DNA of 64,000 bases from Malacoraja senta. Taxonomy: Eukaryota. The notes beneath the pieces are model-generated. The model saw nothing but the letters and a program-made list of their open reading frames with translations. It ran no database searches and had not been told where the DNA came from. Location: positions 682,001 through 746,000 of the forward strand of contig CM075991.1 in the NCBI GenBank assembly GCA_038087875.1, written 5' to 3'. Positions 49,180-62,462 of this stretch are shown here, one piece after another (position 1 is the first letter of the stretch; each line of letters starts with the position of its first letter). The position numbers and the translations under genes were made by a program.

Positions 49180-50150
49180 CTAGAACTTTAACTTGCAGAC
49201 CAGGCCTTTCCTTATCCATAACTATTTTAGTTCTGTGGTTGCTGGTCCCAAAAGGTTCACCAACTGATACTTCAGTCACTTGCCCTGCTCAATTACCTAA
49301 AATTAATTCAAACTTTGCCCTTTCTCTTGTAGGACCCTAGACGTATTGTCTGAGGAAACTTTCCTGAACACATTTGACAAATTCCATCCTATCTAACCGT
49401 TGGCAGTGTGGCAGGCCAAGTCTATATTGGGAAAGTTAAAAATCCCTTCTGTGACAACCTCATTAGTCTTGCAGCTGCCGCTGGTCTCTCAGCATATTTG
49501 TTCCTCGAATTCCTGTTGACTACTTGAGGGCCTATAGTATAAAACCAACAAGGTCATCATTCCCTTTTATTTCTCAACTCCCATACAGCCGCTCTGGATG
49601 AACCATCATCATCTCACACTATTACCGTGATGTTTTCCTTAATTAAAGCAATTTTACCTCCAACCCTCTCTCGCCTGCACCATTAACCTGCACCTTGGAA
49701 GATTAAGCTGCCACTCCTGTTCCCCCTTAGCCAGGTTTCTGCAATAGCCAATACGTTCCAGTTACATGTACCTATCCGCACCCTGAATTCATCTACCATG
49801 TCAGGCCTCTTCCCTGTCAAGCCTCTTGCATTTAAACAAATGCAATTTAAGCCATCAGTCTTTCCTTGTTCTCCTATACAGTTGCCTGTCTTGTCAACTG
49901 AAGTTGCAGTCATTATCTTTTGTACTGACATATAGCCCCCCCCCTCGCATCCCTACTACTTGGAACCTATTTCTCTGCCAATTTAGTTTAAGCCCTCTCG
50001 AGTAGTTCTGGGAAACTAGCCAATAGATTGGTTCCCCTCCAGTTCAGGTGCAACCCCTCCCTCATGTGACAGGTACCTCTGCCCCAGAAGAGATGTAATG
50101 GTACAAAAACTTGAATTCCTGTCCCCTGCATCAATTCTTATGCCGCCCAA
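49180..50150 (-). mobile_element. Degraded CR1 endonuclease-region fragment
   Basis: LNCICLNARGL..VLAIAETWL and EPFGTSNH (APE motifs). Confidence 0.7.
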
Positions 50151-50354
50151 CTTCTTAATCAAATATGATTTATGGGCAGCACAGTGATGCAGCAGGTAGA
50201 CCTGCTGCCTTACAGCGCCAGAGACCTGAGTTTGATCTTGTGGAGCAAATCCATAACTCCCCAGAAAGTGAATAGAGTAAAGAAGGTATTTGTCTTTGTC
50301 GGGCAGGGCACTAATATACAGTATAAGTTAGGAAATCATGTTGCAGGTTTGTGG

Positions 50355-50682
50355 ATGGCATAGTGGCGCAGAGGATAGAGCGGCTGTCTTGCAGTGCCGG
50401 AGACCTGGGTTTGATCTTAACTTTGGGTGCTGTCTGTGTGGAGTTTGCACTACCTCCCTGTGACCATATAGGTTTCCTCCGGATGCTCCAGTTTTCTCCA
50501 ACATTCCAAAGATGTGCGGGTTTGTAAGTTAATTGGCCTCTGAAAATTGCACTGAGTAGGGTGTGTAGGTTGTGAATGTGAATGTGGGATAACATGGAGC
50601 TAGTGTGAACAGGTGATCGATGATCAGTGTGGACTTGGAGGGCCAAAGGGTCTGTTTCCATGCTGTATTTATAAACTAAATT
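50355..50682 (+). mobile_element. tRNA-derived SINE (HE1/V-SINE-like)
   Basis: A-box tggcgcagaggatag, B-box ggtttgatc and CR1-like tail. Confidence 0.8.
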
Positions 50683-51373
50683 GTTAAGATAATTATGGAA
50701 TAATATGGCATGGCTCGAGTCTATTCAGTCCATTATGTTTTTGTTAGCTCTTCCATAAGCTATCCATTTCAATTCACAAAAGCAATCTCTATAATACTTC
50801 CCCATCCTAGGGAAATTGTAAACCTCTGTGTGTTCTGTAAAGCAGCCATTCACTCCTCTTTCCCTTTTCTGATTTTGTAGCCAAACTGCCACTGTCTATT
50901 TTGTGGTTCCTTGTCAAACATTTGTTTTCAGTCCATGTACAACAGCGCACAAACCGTATCAGTATTTCAATATGTTCATGAGATGTGGGCATTGCAGCTC
51001 TGATTGTTTATTCCTAACTGCTCCTGAGAACAATTAGTGCAGTGAACTTACTCCGACTGAAGGAAAGTCCATAAGCTTGAACTACAGTGATGAAGAACAT
51101 AAATGTAATCAGCGTGGTGATGGTGAGGATTCTTGAGTTTGGGAAGAGGTTGGTGCGTTTCTATCAAGCATCGTATTGATGGTATACTTTACACTCCTGG
51201 TGAAGGGACTGGATGTTTAAGGTGGTGAATGAATTATGATGCTTTGTCCTGGGTGATAGTGAACTTGATTGTTGTTGGAGCTACATTGTTCTAAATAGTG
51301 GAGTGTATCTGCACATTGTGTGCTCTGTCATGCTGGCACAACGTCTTGGAAAGTGAGTCACTCATCATAGTGT

Positions 51374-51572
51374 AGAAAAAAGGAACTGCAGATGCTGCTT
51401 TACACACAAGGACACAAAGTGCTGGTGTGACTCTGCGTGTCAGGCAGCATCTCTGGAGAACATGGATGCGTGACGTTTCAGGTCGGGACCCTTCCACAGA
51501 CCTGAAACATCACATCCATTTTCTCCAGAGATGCTGCCTAATCTGCTGAGTTACTCCAGCACTGTGTGTCCC
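51374..51572. mobile_element. Short palindromic Penelope-related element
   Basis: 13-bp TSD ctcatcatagtgt at 51361-51373 and 51573-51585; inverted arms. Confidence 0.8.
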
Positions 51573-51989
51573 CTCATCATAGTGTTCTCTGTTCCCCTGC
51601 TGGTGAAGCCTCAGTGCTGTATGTGTGGCTGGTTCCGTTCAGTTTCTGGTCAATTATAATTGAAAGGAAGTGAATGGATACCAGCCAGGCCTTGCTGTAA
51701 ATACCCATGCACTACCTCATTATCTGAGCAGTTTGAAGTTGAACTGTGTCCTGTGGGATTATGAGTGAATCCCCCCAACCACTCACCCAATGATGAACAG
51801 GGCATTCCAGATGGTCAGGCTGAGGATACTTATCTGAGGAACTCCTGGAGCAATGCTCCCTGAACCGCAATCATCTGCCTTTACACAAGGTATGACTTCA
51901 GCCGAAAGAGGACACCCCCTCCCCCCTCCCCCTCCACCCTCCACCGGCCTCCAAATCCCCCACACATGATTCTTAGTGGTTTAAATGTT

Positions 51990-52985
51990 ACCAGTGACCT
52001 TTAATGGTCCTTTAATAGTTATTTACAATATATGTTAACGATTTAGACGAGGGAATCTCCAAGTTTGCAGATGGCACAAAGCTGGGTGACAGTGTGAGCT
52101 GCAATGAGAAGGCTATGAGGCTGCAGGGTGACTTGGATAGGTTGGGTGAGTGGGCAGATGCAGTATAATGTGGATAAATGTGAGGTTATCCACTTTGGTG
52201 GCAAGAACAGGAAGGCAGATTATTATCTGAACGGTGTCAGATTAGGAAAAGGGGAGGTGCAATGAGACCTGGGTGTGCTTGTACATCAGTCACTGAAAGT
52301 AAGCATGCAGGTACAGCAGGCAGTGAAGAAAGCTAATGGCATGTTGGCCTTCATTGCGAGAGAATTTGAGTTTAGGAGCAAGGAGGTCCTACTGCAGTTG
52401 TACAGGGCCCTGGTGAGACCGCACCTGGAGTATAGTGTGCAGTTTTGGTCTCCTAATTTGAGGAAGGACATTATTGTTATTGAGGGAGTACAGCGTAGGT
52501 CCACCAGGTTAATTCCGGGGGTGGCGGGACTGATATATGATGAAAGAATGGGTCGACTGGGGCTTGTATTCACTGGAATTTAGAAGGATGAGGCGATCTT
52601 ATAGAAAAATATAAAATTCTTAAGGGATTGGATCGGCTAGATGCAGGAAAAATGTTCCCGATGTTTGGGGAGTCTAGAACCAGGGGTCACAGTTTAAGAA
52701 TAAGGGGTAGGCCATTTTGGACTGAGATGAGGACAAACTTCTTCACCCAGAGAGTTGTGAATCTGGAATTCTCTTCCACAGAAAGCAGTGGAGGCCAATT
52801 CACTGGATGTTTTCAAGAGAGTTAGATTTAGCTCTTAGGGCAAAAGGAATCATGGGATATGGGGGGAAAAAGCAGGAACGGGGTACTGATTTTAGATGAT
52901 CAGCCATGATCATATAGAATGGCTGTGCTGGCTCGAAGGGCCGAATGGCCTACTCCTGCACCTATTTTTCCTCTATGTTTCTATG
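51990..52985 (+). mobile_element. CR1 3' portion
   Basis: ORFs 52275-52583 and 52628-52825 are CR1 ORF2 C-terminus; tail (tttctatg)n. Confidence 0.92.
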
Positions 52986-54605
52986 TACATTCTGTCATAT
53001 CCTGTCTTAATTGTAAGTTATTCTCATCTTATCTCTCAAATGTAGCTCTTTGATCTATGGACTATGAGTGGTCCTGATAGAAAATCTTAGCCAATGTTAT
53101 TAGCCATGAATAGTTTGATGAATGATCTGTGTAACGCTGCATGCTTTACAGTCTCTTTCTGTATCTGGTGTTGTTTATTATTGTCACATGTACTGAGACA
53201 CAGTGAAAAACATTGTTTTGCGTGCTAGCCAGGCAAATCATGCCATCAGATAGTACAGAAGAGAAACTTAACCAAATGCAAAATATTAATGTTACAGCTG
53301 CAGACAAAATGCAAAACAAAGTGTAACATATGTGGAGGCACAGCCAAACTCCACGTTCATTCTTTGCGATGAACCTTTTGGTCGGGTGTGGTGTTGGAGT
53401 AGGTGAGAGGAAAGGCAGGGCTCCAGTAATTTAAGGCACTGCTCGATTTTATTAACTTTCATGCATTGTCATTTGCTGGATTCCACTGGCATTGTAGTTA
53501 AGCAGTAGGTTAAAAAGGTTAAACTTATGGAGGTACAAGGAACTGCAGATACTGGAATCTTGAGCAAAGGTTAAACTTATGCTTGATACCAACTTGAATA
53601 TTCTTAGTTGATATCCAGTTACATACAATCCATTTTGCAAAGAGTATTAGGTTAGTCTGAAGTATTTGCAAAGATCACGTGTATACCATGCAACGGTGGC
53701 AGAATATATAAGCGTTTAACCTACACTTGCATGAGCAATTTCCCCACCTGCCTCTCCTAATGGTGCCAGTCACCTACAAGTTCCATATTCAAACTGAGAA
53801 TGAGTCTGAGATGATTTAGTGTTATGATGCTGCGATGTCTTAGTTTTTACTTAGGTGTGGAATAGAGTAGTTGTTTTTCAGTTATAACTGTTATAGCAAT
53901 GTTACAACATTTTGAGATTTTAAAAATCAAGTCTGCAATTTATCCCATCATATAAAGCATAAAAAGAAATTTAATTTGACACCTAATTCACTTTCATATC
54001 TTCAGTATTAAAAAAGTTATGGCCATTTTCATACTCGGAAATTCGCATCTTGTTCCCTTTTGCTTTTCCATTGACAACACAAAAGCTGTGATCAAGGACA
54101 GTCAAAAGCCCATAACTTTCTTAAAAATTAAGAGAACTTAATGAAATTTTAAGTTATTATAGGTTGAAGCATTCTGAAACAAATATGAAACAATCTTACT
54201 TGGATGACCTGAAATTAAAGCATATAATTAGTTAGTTACCCAATTGTAGCTAATTACAAAATTCAATTACTAGATCTAAATATCTATCCATTTCTTAAGA
54301 AAAAGTTAACATTTTTAAAAAGCCTAAGTGTCCAAATAACATTCACACAAGAATTCACAATATAACATTATTTTAATATCTCATTGTCATTAATTTATAG
54401 GCCAAATGGAAGGAATTTAGTGTTTAATTCCTGTAAATTAATGGGCATTTAAATCATCTTGCGAGTGGGTTTTTGTGGAACACGCTGGTTTGGAACGTTG
54501 CGGTTGCAGTGAATGAAACCCCAATATTGGCAGGAAAAATACTGCCGGTTCGTATATTTACAGTCACATTTTCGCAACTTGAAATTTTTATTAAAGGCAT
54601 CCTAA

Positions 54606-55103
54606 AAGGCCTGTCTCACGAGTCTGCGGTCATTGGCGGTGATACAGGAAGTATCTACCGCTCGTGGACCGCCAGAGACCGCTGGTTCGGTCAAACGCAC
54701 ACCGCCGGGGCCGTGCGGCGTTGGTCCCAACACCGCATGGTGCTCACAAAAAGTCAGCAATGTCTAAAAATAATTTCTTACCGCACAGCCGCCGCCAGTG
54801 AGGCACGAGTGCGGCACGGTCACCGCCACAGCTGCCGCCAGTGCGGCACGAGCGCCGCGAGTCGAACCTTCACCGCCACAGCCGCCGCCAGTGAGGCACG
54901 TGTGCGGCACGGCCGCCGCCACAGCCCCGCGATCCGAAAGACGTCTATCGCGTAGCGCGTCGCGTTGCGCGATGACGTCATCGCGTAGCGTGTCGTGTTG
55001 CGCGATGACGTCATCACCCGACGCCGCAAGCTCGTGGAACCGGCCGTACGGAGATCACTCGGCGCTTCACCGCCAATGACCGCAACACCGTGAGACAGAG
55101 CCT
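54606..55103. mobile_element. CpG-rich PIF/Harbinger-type MITE
   Basis: ~37-bp imperfect TIRs (aaggcctgtctcacg..gcggtcattggcggtga); TAA at 54603-54605 and 55104-55106. Confidence 0.8.
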
Positions 55104-55654
55104 TAAGAAGCAAGTTTATATGAAAAAATAAACGGCGTACCTTGCCTTGTCCCGTGCGTGAAATCCGTCCCGTTGTCGGCGTTGACGGCATTTGAAGATG
55201 ATTTTAATTTTACTCCAACAATTTAATTATCCAGCGCTAATTTTAATAAACTTAATAAAACGGCAGTCAAAGCGATTTTTCTTTAGCAACTAAACAGCCT
55301 AACAGACATCGATTTGAATAGGCTGCCGAAATATCGCATTTTAAACCCTCTCAAAGGCGCCAAAGTCACGCACACGGGCAGTGACAGAACTGCAGCGTCG
55401 CTGAAGGTAAGTTTTGTAACATACCTAGCTGTTATCCATAGATTTTAAAAATAGGTAATTTTGCTTGTTTCAAAGAAACTTCAAATATATCCAGATACAT
55501 GGCGAGTCTTTGCGTACTTTGGGTATTGTATGCAAAAACAAAGAATTTCACTGTAGCTCGGTACATGTGACAATAAAGTATAATTGAAACAGGATTTAGC
55601 CCCACCCATCTAGTGGACGTTTCCAGCCCTAGAGTATTTAATAATGAGTAGACT

Positions 55655-55972
55655 TTTAGTTTAGTTTAGAGATACAGTGTGGAAACAGGCCTTTCGGCCC
55701 ACTGAGAACGTGCCAACCAGCGATCCCCATATACTAGCACTATCTACACACACTAGGAACAATTTACAATTTTACCAAAGCCAATTAACCTACAAACCTT
55801 GAGAGTGTGAGAGGAATTTTTTGGAGTGTGAGAGGAAATCAGAGCACCCAGAGGAAACCCACGCGGGCACGGGAGAACGTACACAGTCCGTACAGACAGA
55901 ACCTGTAGTTAGGATCGAACCAGGGTCTCTCCGCTGTAAGGCAGCAACTCTACCGCTGCGCCACCTTGCCGC
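55655..55972 (-). mobile_element. tRNA-derived SINE (HE1/V-SINE-like)
   Basis: Same family as 16228-16535. Confidence 0.85.
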
Positions 55973-58214
55973 TCTGTAGGCTGAGTTTACTTTCATTGAA
56001 GTGACGGAGGCTGAGCGGAGACCTGGTAAAGGTGTACAATTATGACGGGTGTAGTACGTTAATCTGTAAGCAATATTTTCGCACAGCGGTGCAGCCTGTA
56101 GAGATGCTGTCTCACAGTGCTTGAGTCCCAGGTTTGATCCTGATGTCTGTGTGGAGTTTGCAAATTCTTTCTGTGACCGTGTGGGATTCCTCTGGGGTCT
56201 ACCAATCTGCACATCTTTGGGATGTGAGAGGAAACCCATGTGGTGAAAGAGAGCTCCATGCAGACAGCACTGAGCTCTGGATTGAACACAGGTAGCTGGA
56301 GCTGTGAGGCCAGCAGCTGCACCTCTGTGCCGTCCCTCACAGTTCACATACAGTTAAACAAACAGGTGACAGCTGTTCAGTAACCACACCACAGTTTAAA
56401 TGTCCAATTTGCTGCAGTCGTTACAGTTTTTCCATCTTAGACATAGACATCAAATATTTCTGCCAGTTTGATGTATTGCAAGGAGACTAATTTAACATTA
56501 ACTGCAAAATCTAGTAGCTAAAACAAATATATTCAAATTCTGTAAAAGATCAGTTTTAACCTTTCAATTAAGATGAACCAAATATATTTCAATAACAGTT
56601 TTGAAAGTAGATTCATAGCCCCAATTGCACCTAGGCTGTGGAATGAGAGAGTCATACAGCACTGGAATAAGTGTTGTGGTCCACCATTGTTGACTAATGC
56701 CATTTACTAGCAAACCTCCCCGCAGCTGGAAGTGTGTAAGAGAATGTGTGAATCAGAGCATGTGTAGGCCATTTAATCCAGAGACCTGTTCCCCCATTCA
56801 GAAGGGTCTTGACCTGAAACATCACCCATTCCTTCTCTCCAGAGATGCTGCCTGTCCCCGCTGAGTTACTCCAGCTTTTTGTGTCAACCCCCCCCCCCCC
56901 CCATTCAGCAAGATTGAGGCTGACCTACCACAATGCCATGTTCCTGCTCCACTCTATCCTTTGATTCTATTGTATCTGGAAATCTATCCAAGACAAGACC
57001 TTGGAAAATGTGAAACACATTCCAGGGAACCTGACTTTCAGTGAAGGTAGACATCAGTGATAGAGTTCAGTTAGAGTCAGAATGTCAGACCCTTTGGCCT
57101 AATTCATCTGTGCTAACCAAGATGCCCCATCTAAGCAAGTCCCATTTGTCTGTGTTTGGGCCATAAATATCTCTAAATCTTTGCTGTCCATTTATCTGTC
57201 CAAATGTCTTTTAAATGTTTTTATTGTAGCTGCCTCAACTAGTTCCTCTGGCAGTTCGTTCTGTATACCTGTCTGCGTGAAGAAGTTGCCTCTCAGATGT
57301 TATTAAATCTTTGCCCTCTCATCTTAAAGCTGTGGCCTCTTGTTCTTGATTTCCCTTCCCTAAGAAAGATACTGTGCATTCGCTCTATCTATTCCCTTTG
57401 TGGTTTTATAAGTTTACCTCTCAGCCTCCTGTGCTCCAAGAAATAATGTCTTTGGCTGCCCAACCTCATCCTGTAGTCCTGGTTGCATCTTGGTGAATCT
57501 CTGCATTCTTTCCAACTAATGAGGTCTTTCCTAAAACTGGGTGACCAAATTTGACCCCAATGAGGGTGCATGGTTCTGCCTTGTGCATTAGCATTGCCAT
57601 CAGCTGCCTCTGGCAGAGAGTTTGAAGATAGAGAACTCAAAACAAGCAATTTGACACAAATCCCCACCTTTCTCTATGCATCAGACACAGGCAAGGAAGC
57701 ATTGCTGCTTCTGAAAAGTGCTCCAGATTACAGGGAGGACAGGGTAACTAGTGTCGGAGATCCCTCTTGGACCCAGATTCCCAGGATCACTTGTTTCAGA
57801 AACCCACTATAAGTCTGTGGGGAAAGCTATAGTATCTACCTGCACGGTAGTAGGTTTCTGAAACAAGCGCTCCATTCTCAATTCACCCGTGTCGAGCCAT
57901 CTACAGGAAGATGGAAAATACCATGTAGATATTTTCAAAGCTGTAACATTTAAGCTAACTATGCCACCAAGGTTGGTGGGAAGCATGGAGTTTGTCTTAA
58001 AACACGTGGAAACCAAGCGCAAACAGTAGAAAGAGTGTGCAGAGCTTGTTTTGTCAAACGCCACCTGGTCCACTTGACGCTGCCTCTACGTCTCCCAGAG
58101 GATTCATTCACTATATTGGGACCTATTTAACTCGGAGGAGCCATTAAAGAAGAGTTCCTCAGATCTTGTTTATAGTGGCAGTAGTTTATTGCAGTCATTA
58201 ACAAACTCAGTATT

Positions 58215-58455
58215 AAAAAAGACACATCGTGCTGAAGTAACTCAGTGGGTCGGGCAGCATCTCTGGAGAACACGGATAGGTGATATTTCGGGTCGGGACC
58301 CTTCCACGGAAGTCTCTCCTTCAGTCTGAAGAAGGATCCCGACCTGAACGTCACCCATTCCTTCTCTCCAGAGATGCTGCCTGACCCACTGAGTTACTCC
58401 AGCATTTTGTGTCCACTTTTGATTTAACCCAGCATCTGCGGTTCTTTCCTACACA
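58215..58455. mobile_element. Palindromic Penelope-related element
   Basis: Inverted arms around cagtctgaagaaggatcccgacctgaacgtcaccc. Confidence 0.7.
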
Positions 58456-59406
58456 TGTTGCCTGAATTGCTGAGTTACTCCAGCACGTCGTCTTTATTTG
58501 TAAACCAGCATCTGCAGATCCTTGTGTCTACAAAAAGCTTGAGTTGCGACTGTTTTCCAGAATGGAACCCAGTGGTGACCCAGGGACTGCCTGGAGTGAT
58601 CACCAGTGGGACAGCAACAAATCTTCAGCACACTGTTTCCACCTTTTATTGCAAACCAGCTTCTTGTTTCTTGTTCCTCCAGCGCAGGTCAGATATAGGA
58701 GTCTAGTAGCAGACTCCTTTATTGTGTACCACCATCATGAAATGTTAATGAATGGACCATTCTTCATTCACCCAGTATAGTCCCGGAACTCTCCTCACAT
58801 TTTAAACATGATGGCCCATAAATATGTGGTAGCGTCTTAGTATTCTAGCTCTATCAGACATAAAAACAAAATATATGCAAAATGACAACGATGAAATCAG
58901 CTCATTATGGTGAGGTAAATGGAAATGGTAGTGAGGATATGCAGGCTCCATGTAGCCTGGCAGTTTTATCACTGCTTTTATTTATGGAGCATCCTATCAT
59001 AGTGGGCAGCATCTTGCTTTGATATTGTTTCCGTGATATAGGGATAGGTTTGCAGCAGCAGCCTCTTGTAATTTGTTAGTAGAACATGGACATAAATAGT
59101 CCAGTCATCTACAGTGGCACATTTGATTAGTTGTCACTCAGAATAGATTTAAGCCTTGGATTGAATTTCCAAATCATTTCATGGCCCGTTAGAAGGGGGA
59201 TTTAAAACCGCTTATTTTTATCTACAAATGTTGTCTCCTTTGGCTCAGTGATAAGTGCAGTCCTAATCAAGGTTACTCACCATATTTTCTGTTTAAATAT
59301 AGTCCGTTTTGATTCTGACATGAGTTGGTCCTAAATGCTTTAAGTGTTCAGTGTTGCCTGATAAAAGTGGTGCCAATCTGGTGCAGCTGCAACACAGGGC
59401 TATATA

Positions 59407-59557
59407 CAGTGTCCTCCATCATGTTTGGAACAAAGACCCATCATTTATTTATTTGCCTCTGTACTCCACAATTTGGGATTTGTAATAGAAAAAAAATCAC
59501 ATATGGTTAAAGTGCACATTGTCATATTTTAATAAAGGCCATTTTTATACATTTTGA
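59407..59557 (+). mobile_element. Solo Tc1 terminal inverted repeat fragment
   Basis: TA|cagtgtcctccatcatgtttgg.. approximates the reverse complement of 42325-42463. Confidence 0.8.
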
Positions 59558-59619
59558 TAGGGTAGACAGTCAGAACCTTTTTTACAGGGTGGAAATGTTA
59601 AAGACTAGAGCCAAATAGT

Positions 59620-59920
59620 TTAGATTTGGTTTAGTTTAGAGATAAGGTGCGGAAGTAGGCCCTTTGGCCCACCGAGTCCGCACTGACCACTGATCCCCAC
59701 ATATTAACACTCCCACACACAAGTAGGGACAATTTGCACTTATACCAAGCCAATTAACTTACAAACCTGCACGCCTTTGGAGTGTGGGAGGAAACCCATG
59801 CGGTCACAAGGAGAATGTACAAACTCTGTAGAGACAGCACCTGTAGTCGGGATCGAACCCCGGTCTCCGGTGCTGCAAGCGTTGTAAGGCAGCAACTCTA
59901 CCGCTGCGCCACCGTGCTGC
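59620..59920 (-). mobile_element. tRNA-derived SINE (HE1/V-SINE-like)
   Basis: Same family as 16228-16535. Confidence 0.85.
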
Positions 59921-61514
59921 ACTGCGTGCTGTACTTTTCTGTGTTCCGTGTAGTCATTAGATCATTGAAATATTTGAATCTGGCTGGAGGATCTGAATGA
60001 GGGTTTTGGCTCCAGAGCCCTGAGACTACAGTTTAGATATTGTCAAAGCTGTTTTCAATATAAAGCTCTGTACATTTCTACGAGGTCTAAAGAAATTGTT
60101 GGAAAATTATGTTTTAAATCTAGAAGTTGATTAATCCCATCTATTATTGGACCCTTGGGTGTTGTATACATTTCCTTGGTGGTTGAATTAGCAATACACC
60201 ATTTAGTGTGCTATTGAATTACTGTTTGACGTTTATTGTGGGAACACTTCCAACTTGTATAGCACACGCAAGCAGAAGGTGTGACTGAAATTTCCCTCCT
60301 TTGCCCTTGTTTAAGAACTTAACGTTCAAACTCCTTGAGCTTTCCATGAGCTGAGCTGCCCAGTGGTGCAGGTGGTGGAGCTGCTTCCTCACCGCTACAG
60401 CAGCCCACGTTTTATACTGACCGTCGGTGCTGTCTGTGAGGAGTTTGCATGTTCTCCCTGTGACCCTGTAGGCTTCCATGTGCTGCAGTGTCTGCCCACG
60501 TTCCAAAGGCCTGTGGGCTGGTGGGTAACTGGCCACAGTAAATGCCCCTGGGATGCATGTGAGTGGTAGAATCTGGGGAAATTGATATTGGAGGCACGGA
60601 CAATGGGTTACTGGAGAAATTAGTGGGATGTCAGCTGGCATGGACTTGATGGGCAGAAATGATCCTCTTCTGTGTCATGAGGATCTATGGGACTGGTTTA
60701 TTGATATGAACTATAAGGCTGTTGTTGCATCGAATCCTTTATTTTTTACTGGTTCAAAAACACATTTGTCTATCCTAGGCTACATAGAAATGTCTTTGAA
60801 AGTCTATTTCACACCAACTAGCGTGACCAACATCAATTCTTTCCAATATTTTATTAAACAATTCACTTGGGTTGACTTTTAACAAATTGGTGCCATTTAT
60901 ATTTATCCTTTATTTTCTCCTAGATTAACATTCTGAAAGAGTTGATGAAAAAGATTGGCGTGTAGTTGTTAATCTTCCTTCCCGATATTGGACTGAGCTC
61001 TGGCATTTAGTGTCTTCAATTCCTCTCATTTCTCAACAGCCATGCAGTTTCCACCTTCCCACTAATCCAGAATATATCCCATCTGGACTGGATGAATTAT
61101 CCACTTGGAGTAATGCCAATATCTTAATTCTTCTCTTCATCCATCCAAATTGTATTCTATCTCTTCTCATGTGGCTACATTGACAACAACCATTTGTTGT
61201 ATGAATACAAATGTATTACCATCTGAACATTCAGTTGCCTATTGTTGTAACTACCTATCACATGTTGGTTGGCATAGGTGAGTTGGGCTGAGGGCCAACG
61301 TTGTATCCAATTATCTCATTTGTCTCCAATTATCAGACAGTCTGGTGGTTTAGATAGAATGTAAGGGTTGAGAGAACTGGTCTCTAATCATTTTGTTTTC
61401 TATTTTGCCATTTAGGGATGACTAACTTTTATTGTGTAGGGATCATATCTAGACTACACCAAAAACACCACCTCTGGAAATCTTTGCCATTGCTCTTTGA
61501 ATGTTTTACCTTTC

Positions 61515-62180
61515 AGTCCATGAAGGTGGAGTCGCAGGTAGATGAGGCGGTCAAAAAGGCTTTTGGCACATTGGCCTTCATCAGTCAGAGTATTGGGTAT
61601 AGAAGTTGGGAGGTCATGTGCCAGTTGTATAAGATGTTGGTGAGACCGCATTTAGAATATTATGCTCAGTTCTGGGCACCATGTTATAGGAAAGATATTG
61701 TCAAGCTTGGAAGGGTTCAGAAAAGATTTATGAGGATGTTGCCAGGACTAGAGGGTGTGAGCTATAGGGAGAGGTTGAGTAGGTTGGGTCTCTATTCCTT
61801 GGAGCGCAGGAGGATGAGGGGTGATCTTATAGAGGTGTACAAAATCATGAGAGGAATAGATCGGGTAGGTGCAGAGTCTCTTGCCCAGAGTAGGGGAATC
61901 AAGGACCAGAGGACATAGGTTCAAGGTGAAGGGGAAAAGATTTAGTAGGAATCCGAGTAGTAACTGGACGTATGGAACAAGCTGCCAGAGGAGGTTGTTG
62001 AGGATGGGACTATCCCATTGTTTAAGAAACAGTTAGACAGGTACATAGATGGGACAGGTTTGGAGGGATATGGACAAGGCGCAGGCAGGTAGGACTAGTG
62101 TAGCTGGGACATGTTGGCCGGTATGGGCAAGTTGGGCCGAAGGGCCTGTTTCCACACTGTATCACTCTATGACTATGACT
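61515..62180 (+). mobile_element. CR1 3' portion
   Basis: KVESQVDEAVKKAFGTLAFI..RGDLIEVYKIMRG; tail ctatgactatgact. Confidence 0.92.
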
Positions 62181-62194
62181 CTTTAATTCCATTA

Positions 62195-62462
62195 GGGGCA
62201 GCACAGTGGCGCAGCAGTAGAGTTGCTGCCTTACAGTGCCAGAGACACGGGTTCAATTCAGACTACGGGTGCTGTCTGTTCAGAGTTTGTATGTTCTCCC
62301 TGTGACCACTTGGGTTTTCTCTGGGTGCGCCAGTTTCCTCCCACACTCTAAAGATGTTCACGTTTGTAGGTTAATTGGCTTCAGTAAAATTGCAAATTGG
62401 CCCTAGTGTTAGTATACAGGGTGATCACTGGAAGGCCTGTTTCTGTGCTGTATCTCCAAAGT
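62195..62462 (+). mobile_element. tRNA-derived SINE (HE1/V-SINE-like)
   Basis: ggcagcacagtggcgcagcagtagag head, ggttcaattc B-box and CR1-like tail. Confidence 0.85.

Noticed and set aside
54473..55191. Ala/Arg-rich ORFs
   Set aside because: They arise from the GC-rich tandem repeats inside the MITE; no transposase motifs.
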